A stretch of 64,000 nucleotides of DNA from a virus (lineage: Duplodnaviria > Caudoviricetes): IMG/VR virus record IMGVR_UViG_3300028797_000005, positions 59,247-123,246 of that record. One strand, given 5' to 3'. The position numbers and the translations under genes are program-made. This document shows positions 54,723 to 61,411 of the stretch, one piece after another. A model generated the notes under the pieces. It made no database searches, was not told where the DNA came from, and saw only the letters and a program-made list of their open reading frames with translations. Within the stretch, counting starts at the first letter, position 1; each line of letters begins with the position of its first letter.

Positions 54723-54905
54723 TTATTCAAGAGCAAGCAGGTCTTCGAAGAAGTAAATCTTTGCTCCCATGCTAACTCTTTCTTCAACCTCTTCATTCAA
54801 GAGGTTCCAGCCGTCAACATCACAAGGAATACCATCGTAAAACACGATATCAATACCATTCATAACTTTTTCCAATTCATTCCAGATTCTCATTTCAGCG
54901 TCCAT
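54723..54905 (-). CDS. Small acidic hypothetical protein
   Basis: RBS, promoter TTGACA-17-TATACT at 54960-54988. Confidence 0.7.
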   Translation of the reverse strand: MDAEMRIWNELEKVMNGIDIVFYDGIPCDVDGWNLLNEEVEERVSMGAKIYFFEDLLALE

Positions 54906-55080
54906 TTTCCGACTCCTCTCTCCATAAAAACGGATTGCCCTCTTTTTTCTTACAATATAAGTATAACATGACCGGATAAGATTGTCAAGTCACTATTTTA
55001 TTTTTTAATTAAAATATAATAATATTATTGTAAACCGGGTATGGACCGATTGGAAGGGGCAGGCCGTCCCTAGCCGGTAG

Positions 55081-55104
55081 AATTGTCAGAACATTCTGAT
55101 TAAA
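55081..55104. repeat. CodY-operator-like element (single)
   Basis: AATTGTCAGAACATTCTGATTAAA. Confidence 0.7.
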
Positions 55105-55122
55105 GACAGAAAGAAAAAATGA

Positions 55123-55142
55123 GCGGTGATTTTCATCACCGC
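55123..55142 (-). terminator. GCGGTG..CACCGC terminator
   Basis: GCGGTGAT-TTTC-ATCACCGC with T-tract on - strand. Confidence 0.7.
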
Positions 55143-55150
55143 CCTCTTCA

Positions 55151-55315
55151 TCACGCCTCAGCATACCGCATTTCCAGCAGTTCGGCGATGGAGTACAGGC
55201 GCACATCGCACCAGTCCTCGTCTTCATACGCCTCGCACAGACGAGCAAATTCAATGGTTTCTTCGGCTTCCAAGCCATACAGACGCGCAACGCGGGCAAG
55301 CAGTTCTTCTCTCAT
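55151..55315 (-). CDS. 54-aa acidic protein MREELLARVARLYGLEAEETIEF... (not in ORF track)
   Basis: GAAAGGAG RBS, own promoter and terminator. Confidence 0.75.
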   Translation of the reverse strand: MREELLARVARLYGLEAEETIEFARLCEAYEDEDWCDVRLYSIAELLEMRYAEA

Positions 55316-55445
55316 CGTGAATCTCCTTTCAACTCACTCACTCTTTATCTTGACTAAAGTATATCATACTTCGCCGGCCTTGTCAATAGGTAAAATGAAA
55401 AAAATATATTTTCTACGCGGAATTAAAAAAGAAAGGTTAAAAGAT

Positions 55446-55504
55446 AATTGTCAAACTATTCTGACTTCGCGGCGGGCCGCCATTGTCAGAACATTCTGAT
55501 AAGG
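55446..55504. repeat. CodY-operator-like pair, 35-bp period
   Basis: Cores at 55448 and 55483 around GC linker. Confidence 0.8.
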
Positions 55505-55545
55505 TAGGATAAAAAAATAAAGTAGTGAAATTATTCACTACTTTT

Positions 55546-55720
55546 TTGAACAAGAGTTTGCATAAGGGAATCGAACCCTTCTCTCCTGGGCTAATTACGC
55601 GGCGTGTGTGCTCCAGCCTACCTATGCCTTATCTCATTCGAGAGTCTGCATATAGGAATCGAACCTATCCTCTCCGCAACCAGGCGTTGCACCATGTTAC
55701 TGATGCCTTATCTTGTTCAA
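55546..55720 (-). ncRNA. Tandem tRNA-like (T-arm) RNA, two units
   Basis: Two GGTTCGATTCC arms with covarying stems, shared flanks, 10-bp closing stem, promoter and terminator, no credible ORF. Confidence 0.65.
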
Positions 55721-55726
55721 GTCGGC

Positions 55727-55792
55727 TTTAGTAGTGCTTGCTCTTGACTGCTTGCTACCAAGGAGGTGGGAAGCCGTTCCCTTTCCTCTTGC
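55727..55792 (-). ncRNA. Two-hairpin sRNA/leader, copy 1
   Basis: AAGAGGAAAGGG..CCCACCTCCT.GGTAG..CTACTAAA, conserved with 57540-57597. Confidence 0.55.
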
Positions 55793-55866
55793 AAGTATAT
55801 ATTAACACAAACGAGACTATATGTCAAGTGTTTTATAAAAAATTTTCTAGAATTTTTTTCAGAGAT

Positions 55867-55890
55867 ATTTGTCAAAATATTCTAATAATT
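55867..55890. repeat. CodY-operator-like element (single)
   Basis: ATTTGTCAAAATATTCTAATAATT. Confidence 0.6.
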
Positions 55891-55932
55891 CGCCACGGAA
55901 AAAATGGGCGGTGCTTCTGCACCGCTTTTACT

Positions 55933-56097
55933 TTAGAAGATGGATTCAAGAGTGCCTTCGCTATCAAACTCGAAAACCGTATCTTCTCCGCCATCGGATT
56001 CAACTTCGAGGTAGTAGCCGCCATCTTCTCTTCTGCGGTCTACTACGATTCTTCCAGTTCTTCTCATCACGGTTCTAATCATTCTGTAATCGGTCAT
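55933..56097 (-). CDS. 54-aa hypothetical protein
   Basis: Start MTDYRM after GAGG; terminator 55908-55925. Confidence 0.7.
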   Translation of the reverse strand: MTDYRMIRTVMRRTGRIVVDRRREDGGYYLEVESDGGEDTVFEFDSEGTLESIF

Positions 56098-56197
56098 TTT
56101 CTTTTCCTCTCTTTCTTTTAGGCTTTTGCCTCTCTCTTTCTTACAATGTAAGTATAACACACCTTGCCGGTCTTGTCAACACTTTTTATAAAAAAAT

Positions 56198-56221
56198 TAA
56201 AGTTAAAATATTCTGACAATT
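56198..56221. repeat. CodY-operator-like element (single)
   Basis: ..AAAATATTCTGACAATT followed by GC linker. Confidence 0.6.
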
Positions 56222-56263
56222 TGCCGCGGGCCAAAAATCGGCGCCGTTTTTCGACACCATCCT

Positions 56264-56494
56264 CTACTCGATTACGACATCTTCAACTCTTACGATTCTC
56301 AAGATTCCCTCGTATTCAAGGACGATTCTCCAGTACATTACGCCCTCTTCATCTGCTTCCTCTGCGGTGCTTCCGTGCGCCACTACCATATTCTGTCTAA
56401 AGGTCGGATAGCCTTGCACTACTGCGGCGTATCTTGCGCTTGCGTCTTCTTGCATCTTTCTAACCATTAGGTTGTCAATTACTCTCCATTCCAT
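56264..56494 (-). CDS. Hypothetical protein
   Basis: AAAGGAG RBS, own promoter. Confidence 0.7.
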   Translation of the reverse strand: MEWRVIDNLMVRKMQEDASARYAAVVQGYPTFRQNMVVAHGSTAEEADEEGVMYWRIVLEYEGILRIVRVEDVVIE

Positions 56495-56601
56495 TTTCGT
56501 TTTCTCCTTTCCTTATCTTCAATTAGATTATAGCATAGCCGGACGGCGTTGTCAATAGATTTTTAATAAAAAAATGCGGTGACTTTTGTCACCGCTTCGA
56601 T

Positions 56602-57108
56602 TTACTTGATAGGATTTTCGGCGATATAGGCTTCGTACTCGGCAAGCTCTTTTTCTGCTTTCGCAAGTGCTTCTGCAAGGTTTTCAACCGCTTCTCTCAT
56701 CTTTTTTAATTTGCGGTTTCTGTTTCTCAAGTGTTTGTATTCTTCAATACTCAAGCCTTCTTTTTCGGCTTTCGCTTTCAGCCGTTCAGCGTTCTGCGCT
56801 TTTCTTTCAGCCTTTTCCTTTTCTTTTCGTTCTTTCCACTCTTTGAAAGTTTCGGAATGTTTCGGAATGACGCAGACTTCTGCGTGAATATCCTCGTTGA
56901 AATACCACTTTTGAGTAATTGCGACCGCTTCGGCTTCCATCTTGCTATCGAAGAAGTAAAGGTCATTCGTTATATCGGGCATACCCGACCAAGCATCATC
57001 ATAACCGCTTTCACGGTATCCATATTCACAGTAGTATCTGTACCCTTTTTCATACATTTCATTGAGCAGTTCGGCGTTTGCAATTCTTGTGGCGACCAGT
57101 TCCTTCAT
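56602..57108 (-). CDS. Hypothetical protein with C-terminal coiled coil
   Basis: RBS, own promoter, terminator 56576-56595. Confidence 0.75.
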   Translation of the reverse strand: MKELVATRIANAELLNEMYEKGYRYYCEYGYRESGYDDAWSGMPDITNDLYFFDSKMEAEAVAITQKWYFNEDIHAEVCVIPKHSETFKEWKERKEKEKAERKAQNAERLKAKAEKEGLSIEEYKHLRNRNRKLKKMREAVENLAEALAKAEKELAEYEAYIAENPIK

Positions 57109-57259
57109 TTTCTTTTCTCCTCTCTTTATCTCTCCTTATCTTGACTAAAGTATATCATAATTTTACCGGTCTGTCAAGCATAAAATTAAAAAAATTTTTT
57201 ATTTTTTCCTCTTAACAAAAATGCCGTCGGCATGATATAATGGACTGGGACGCTAAAAT

Positions 57260-57283
57260 TGTTTTCAAAATATTCTGATAATT
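57260..57283. repeat. CodY-operator-like element (single)
   Basis: TGTTTTCAAAATATTCTGATAATT. Confidence 0.6.
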
Positions 57284-57324
57284 TACCACGGCGGGAAATG
57301 GCGGTGCTTCCACACCACCTTTTT

Positions 57325-57450
57325 CTATTCGGGAATGATTCGAACGATTTTCCCGTGCTTGCTTTCAAGCACTCGCCGTTCCTGAACGCTCATTCCGTAG
57401 AGCCAAACTTCGTATCCGTCTTCGAAAATGTACCAAGCACTTCTCTTCAT
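57325..57450 (-). CDS. 41-aa hypothetical protein
   Basis: Start MKRSAW; own promoter, hairpin 57300-57319. Confidence 0.65.
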   Translation of the reverse strand: MKRSAWYIFEDGYEVWLYGMSVQERRVLESKHGKIVRIIPE

Positions 57451-57539
57451 TTTTCTTTCCTCTCTTTCCTTATCTCTGTCTTGATTATACAGGATAACTT
57501 TGCTTTTGTCAAGCACTTTTTTAATTTTTTCGGAAGATT

Positions 57540-57597
57540 TTTAGTAGCGTTTTGTCTACCGAGGAGGTGGGATTTCTTCCTAACCCTTTCCTCTTAC
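57540..57597 (-). ncRNA. Two-hairpin sRNA, copy 2
   Basis: Same promoter and stems as 55727-55792 with different loops; no ORF. Confidence 0.55.
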
Positions 57598-57662
57598 AAG
57601 TATATATTAACACAAGCCGGTCTATATGTCAAGCACTTTTTTCAACTTTTTTTCGATTTTTT

Positions 57663-57748
57663 TATTGTCGAAATATTCTGACAATTCGACAGGGTAGCAC
57701 TCGCTTCGCAGCTTTTTCCTATTGCCGCAATTTTCTGACAATTCGACA
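57663..57748. repeat. Two CodY-like elements with three 0A-box heptamers
   Basis: Cores at 57665 and 57722; TGTCGAA 57666, TTCGACA 57685 and 57742. Confidence 0.65.
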
Positions 57749-57790
57749 GGGTGAGAAAAAACGGCGGTGATTTTCTTCACCGCCTTGATT

Positions 57791-58057
57791 TTAGGCGTGA
57801 TGGATTTTTCCATCAATTACATAGATAACCGATTCAAAGCCATCGTATTCGTCAATTTCCCAATCGGTCGCCTCGTCAGGAATTTCTATAACTTCCAACT
57901 CGGAATAACCACCGCCAGCATCTTCTCCGTACTTCTCAACCAGTTCAACCAGTTGAGCATCAGAACGGTCTACCGACCATTCGTCAATTCCATACTGTTC
58001 TGCAAGTTCCTTATCAAGACCAAAACCGCCATAGCATTTATTAAGTACAATCTTCAT
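57791..58057 (-). CDS. Acidic phage hypothetical protein
   Basis: KIVLNKCYGGFGL...EYDGFE; own promoter, terminator 57763-57784. Confidence 0.8.
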   Translation of the reverse strand: MKIVLNKCYGGFGLDKELAEQYGIDEWSVDRSDAQLVELVEKYGEDAGGGYSELEVIEIPDEATDWEIDEYDGFESVIYVIDGKIHHA

Positions 58058-58173
58058 TTTCTTTTCTCCTCTCTTGTTCTCTCTGATATTATATTATCAC
58101 ATCTTCATTCTATTGTCAACAGTTTTTTTCGGCAACGGCGATTTTTTTCGCCGTTGCCTTCGTTAAAACTTTG

Positions 58174-58275
58174 TCAATCTTCTACCAGTAGGCACTCGTT
58201 GATATAAACAGCGCAAGCGAGATTTTCCACAGTGTAGTCAATTTCCGAAAAGAATCCAATCGTAACCAGTTCCAT
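58174..58275 (-). CDS. 33-aa peptide MELVTIGFFSEIDYTVENLACAVYINECLLVED
   Basis: GAGGAG RBS, own promoter, hairpin 58131-58158. Confidence 0.6.
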   Translation of the reverse strand: MELVTIGFFSEIDYTVENLACAVYINECLLVED

Positions 58276-58463
58276 AATTTTATCTCCTCTCTTTATCTTG
58301 ATTAAAGTATACCACAATTCTCCGGCATTGTCAACACTTTTTTATTAAAAAATTTTTTTATTTTTTTATGAAAAAACACTTGACAAGCCAACGGCATTAT
58401 GTTATTATAATAGTGGGAAGTGGAGTGGACACCGAGGACGCAAACACTCGGGCAGCAATTTTT

Positions 58464-58592
58464 TATTTTCAGAATATTCTGACAATGACGGGCGGTGTAA
58501 TTGTCAGAATATTCTGATGGTTGTGGGCGGCATAATTATCAGAATATTCTGTTAAAAGTAGGCGGCCAAATTGTCAGAATATTCTGAATCTT
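58464..58592. repeat. Four CodY-operator-like elements at exact 35-bp period
   Basis: AGAATATTCT at 58471, 58506, 58541, 58576; GGCGG at 58491, 58526, 58561. Confidence 0.9.
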
Positions 58593-58636
58593 GCAAGATG
58601 CAAGACTTTAATGTAATGAAGCGCTAAAGCGATGAA

Positions 58637-58732
58637 GTTAGTCGCGACTAACCGGAGTTAGTCCGGACTAACCTGGGTTAGCCTGCTGCAACCTGAGTTA
58701 GCCTGCTGCAACCTGAGTTAGCCTGGTCTAAT
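58637..58732. repeat. 5 x 20-bp tandem array of GTTAG-N6-CTAAC-like palindromes
   Basis: GTTAG at 58637, 58657, 58677, 58697, 58717. Confidence 0.9.
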
Positions 58733-58734
58733 CT

Positions 58735-58772
58735 CCTGCATATTTATGCAGACTCCTGCATATTATGCAAGC
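58735..58772. repeat. Tandem ARG-box-like palindromes
   Basis: TGCATATTTATGCA at 58737 and TGCATATTATGCA at 58757. Confidence 0.6.
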
Positions 58773-58882
58773 TGTCCGAAAAATGGGACTGGCAATAATT
58801 GGTAGAAAAAATTGCGAAAAAGTGTTGACAAACAAGCCGGCATTTGTTATAATTAGTACAGAGTTAAGGAAGGAGATACCTA

Positions 58883-59356
58883 ATGAAAACTACACTTTGC
58901 AACCTTTACACCAAACACGCCTACTGCCACAACTATATTTTCGGTTATGTAGAAAACGGCAAGGTTTACGCCGCTTACACCACCGCCGCCGCCCTGCCTG
59001 CCGTTGTAAAACTTGACAGAGCAAGCCGCGGAAACGGCTACTCAATCCGCTTTAAGGGCGGCTACGATGAAGTCGAGCAGCTGAAAAAGTCGGCTCTGAA
59101 AATTGAATACATCTGCTCCGAGGAATTCCTCGAACAGGTCGCCGAGGAAGTCAGCACAGGCAGAAAAAACAGAGGTTCGGCTTTTGAAAAAATCCTCACC
59201 GAAAAAGTCGGACAGGTCTGGAAAAAGGATAGCGTACCGTTTACGGAAGCTCCCGACCTCGTAATTGACGGAATCGGTTATCAAATCAAATACAAGGGCG
59301 CGACCTTTGCGAATGAAGCCCAGTTGAACAGACTGGAAGCCAAGGCGGAAGCCTAA
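58883..59356 (+). CDS. Hypothetical protein, possible PD-(D/E)xK nuclease fold
   Basis: RGSAFE...APDLVIDGIGYQIK. Confidence 0.55.
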   Translation: MKTTLCNLYTKHAYCHNYIFGYVENGKVYAAYTTAAALPAVVKLDRASRGNGYSIRFKGGYDEVEQLKKSALKIEYICSEEFLEQVAEEVSTGRKNRGSAFEKILTEKVGQVWKKDSVPFTEAPDLVIDGIGYQIKYKGATFANEAQLNRLEAKAEA

Positions 59357-59492
59357 GGCTTCCGGTCCGGACCGGCCGGGCCTGCCTCCGAAGCGGATCC
59401 GGCCCGCTTGTTAAAAAAATAACTTGCAAGCTGGAGCTTGACAAGCTACGAAAGCTGTGCTATAATAAAGCTGAAGTTAAGGAGAGAAAGAG

Positions 59493-59681
59493 ATGCAACT
59501 GAACAAAATAATGAAAGCCTTTCGGCACAATCAACCTGTAAAAATTGTATACCCTGACGGACATGGCGTGTTAACCTGTCGCAGAAGCGTTGAGACCTAC
59601 GCCGCAGTGTGGTACTATGATGTTCTGCGTGTGGAAGCTGAAGCCAAGCCACCTGTCATCTACTTGAGAAAGGAGCAGTGA
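59493..59681 (+). CDS. Hypothetical protein
   Basis: AAGGAG RBS, promoter 59438. Confidence 0.65.
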   Translation: MQLNKIMKAFRHNQPVKIVYPDGHGVLTCRRSVETYAAVWYYDVLRVEAEAKPPVIYLRKEQ

Positions 59682-59682
59682 A

Positions 59683-59895
59683 ATGTTTAACATTTGGACA
59701 CAAGATATTCTTGAAGCTCTTGCGGTGTTGAAAGAGAAATGCCCCAACAGACTTTTAGTGAATTGTATTGGCGGAAATTATTATGGTGATGTCCTCATCA
59801 AAACCGAAGATGCACACTTTACTTACAAGGTAAAGGAAAAAGAATTGTATATCTACATCGGCACTTGGAAACAAGGCCATTGGGAAAAACTGTAA
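59683..59895 (+). CDS. Hypothetical protein
   Basis: AAAGGAG RBS; terminator-like hairpin 59911-59940. Confidence 0.7.
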   Translation: MFNIWTQDILEALAVLKEKCPNRLLVNCIGGNYYGDVLIKTEDAHFTYKVKEKELYIYIGTWKQGHWEKL

Positions 59896-59951
59896 TCTCC
59901 TCTCTCTTGAAAAATGCGGTCTCCTCTCACGCATTTTTTTCTTGCAAAAAT

Positions 59952-60010
59952 AATTGTCCGAATATTCTGACAATTGCGCCGGCCGCCGTTTTCAGAAAAT
60001 TCAGGCAGAA
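59952..60010. repeat. CodY-operator-like pair, 35-bp period
   Basis: Cores at 59954 and 59989. Confidence 0.8.
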
Positions 60011-60085
60011 AAATTTTCCCAAAATAATACTTGACAAGGTATCCCGAATATAGTATACTATATATAGAGAAAGTGAGGAAATAAA

Positions 60086-60526
60086 ATGGATAAAAATATT
60101 TGGTTTGATATGGACGGAACTTTTGTAGACTTGTACGGAGTAGAAAATTGGTTGGAAAAATTACACAATTTTGATGCAAGTCCTTATAAAGATGCTAAAC
60201 CGCTTGTGCATTTCCCAACATTCGCAAAGACTTTGAATAGACTTTACAGGGAAGGTTGGAATATCAACATTGTTTCGTGGTGTGCAAGAGGTTCTTCCGA
60301 AAAATATGACGAGGAAGTAACGAAAGAAAAATTACAGTATATTTCTAAACATCTTCCGAGTGTAAAATTTAATGAAATAAAAATCCTTAAATATGGTACT
60401 CCAAAAAGTACAGTAGGAACAGGCGTTCTTTTTGATGATGAACAGAAGAACAGGGACGAGTGGAAAGGTATTGCTTGCTCTGAAAAAAATTTGCTGAAAA
60501 AATTGAATTGCCTATTGACAAGGTAA
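60086..60526 (+). CDS. HAD-superfamily 5'(3')-deoxyribonucleotidase-like protein
   Basis: WFDMDGT motif I, IVS, K, VLFDD. Confidence 0.75.
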   Translation: MDKNIWFDMDGTFVDLYGVENWLEKLHNFDASPYKDAKPLVHFPTFAKTLNRLYREGWNINIVSWCARGSSEKYDEEVTKEKLQYISKHLPSVKFNEIKILKYGTPKSTVGTGVLFDDEQKNRDEWKGIACSEKNLLKKLNCLLTR

Positions 60527-60566
60527 GGAAAGTGTGATATAATCCTAAATGTAAGGAGAGATAAAA

Positions 60567-60728
60567 ATGAAAAAGAAAGTAGAAAAAATCGGTGTCATTT
60601 CAGGCATTGACTTAATAAAGAAAACTAATCCCAAAATTGATATACCTTTCAGAACAGGCGGTCATTCCACGAAAAAGGATAGACCAAGAGAAAAGGTAAG
60701 CAGACATAATATTGATAAATACCTTTAA
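60567..60728 (+). CDS. 53-aa basic protein (not in ORF track)
   Basis: AAGGAG RBS, promoter 60515; MKKKVEKIG...FRTGGHSTKKDRPREK. Confidence 0.7.
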   Translation: MKKKVEKIGVISGIDLIKKTNPKIDIPFRTGGHSTKKDRPREKVSRHNIDKYL

Positions 60729-60752
60729 TTCGGTTTCCTCCTCTCTAAACGA

Positions 60753-60811
60753 AGTCGTCAGAATTGTCTGACGATTTCGCCGGCCGCCGTTTTCAGAATA
60801 TTTAAACTTTA
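60753..60811. repeat. CodY-operator-like pair, 35-bp period
   Basis: Cores at 60755 and 60790. Confidence 0.75.
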
Positions 60812-60987
60812 ATTTTTTAAGAAAAAAGTGTTGACAAATATAATCCCATATGCTATACTAATAATGTCAAGGGGAGAGAGAAAACAACCTCTCACAGACG
60901 CGTAATCTGTTGTAAGTAAAATAAAATCTCCTCAAAAAAATGTAAAAACCCCTTGACAAACGGCACCGAGTGTGCTACAATATAATC

Positions 60988-61180
60988 AAGGTGAGGATAG
61001 GCAAAGCCGAGATGGTGCGACTCAACTGAGTCAGTAAGACCGATTCCGATGACCCTTACCGCATGGAGTCCTGTTGTGCGGTATATAAATGTGAACCAAG
61101 CGCTAAGAACGCAACCCACGCCGCCAAGGTGGCGCAGCCGTTGGAAAGGGGACGGCAGGACACGGCAACTCCTCTCTTTA
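60988..61180 (+). ncRNA. Structured ~190-nt RNA upstream of tRNA
   Basis: Own promoter, several GC-rich hairpins, no + strand ORF. Confidence 0.5.
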
Positions 61181-61184
61181 ATAA

Positions 61185-61258
61185 GGTTGAGTGGTATAAC
61201 GGAAGAACAACGCACTGTTAATGCGTAGATGAGGGTTCGACTCCCTCTTCAACCTCCA
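61185..61258 (+). tRNA. tRNA-Asn(GTT), CCA encoded
   Basis: Acceptor GGTTGAG/TTCAACC, anticodon arm ACGCA-CTGTTAA-TGCGT, T arm GAGGG-TTCGACT-CCCTC. Confidence 0.9.
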
Positions 61259-61265
61259 CAAATCA

Positions 61266-61324
61266 AGTTGTCAGATAATTCTGACAACTTGGGCCGGCGG
61301 CATTATCAGAATATTCTGAATATA
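61266..61324. repeat. CodY-operator-like pair, 35-bp period
   Basis: Cores at 61268 and 61303. Confidence 0.8.
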
Positions 61325-61411
61325 AATTCTGATAAAAATAATGCTTGACATTCTTATCCTAATATAGTATAATCTTATTGTCAAATGGTAAGGATTGAAA
61401 GGAGAAAACTT

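Larger units (their letters stand above)
54960..58334 (-). promoter_or_regulatory. Ten leftward sigmaA promoters
   Basis: TTGACA-17-(TATAAT/TATACT/TAATAT) at 54960-54988, 55358-55386, 55799-55827, 56151-56179, 56527-56555, 57149-57177, 57484-57512, 57604-57632, 58091-58119, 58306-58334. Confidence 0.85.

Noticed and set aside
55553-55713. Two canonical tRNA genes
   Set aside because: T arms are present but there is no proper D arm, 7-nt anticodon loop, 7-bp acceptor stem or CCA
55009-58207. Track ORFs such as 55009-55299, 55119-55499, 55525-55731, 55738-56121, 57259-57681, 57767-58207
   Set aside because: Antisense or off-frame to RBS- and promoter-supported genes, or running through repeats and promoters
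58464-58732. CRISPR array
   Set aside because: Spacers are only 11-15 nt (or 4 nt) and share GGCGG, the repeats are degenerate, and no cas genes are in the window
60892-61215. 107-aa - strand ORF
   Set aside because: Antisense to the tRNA and structured RNA, with no RBS
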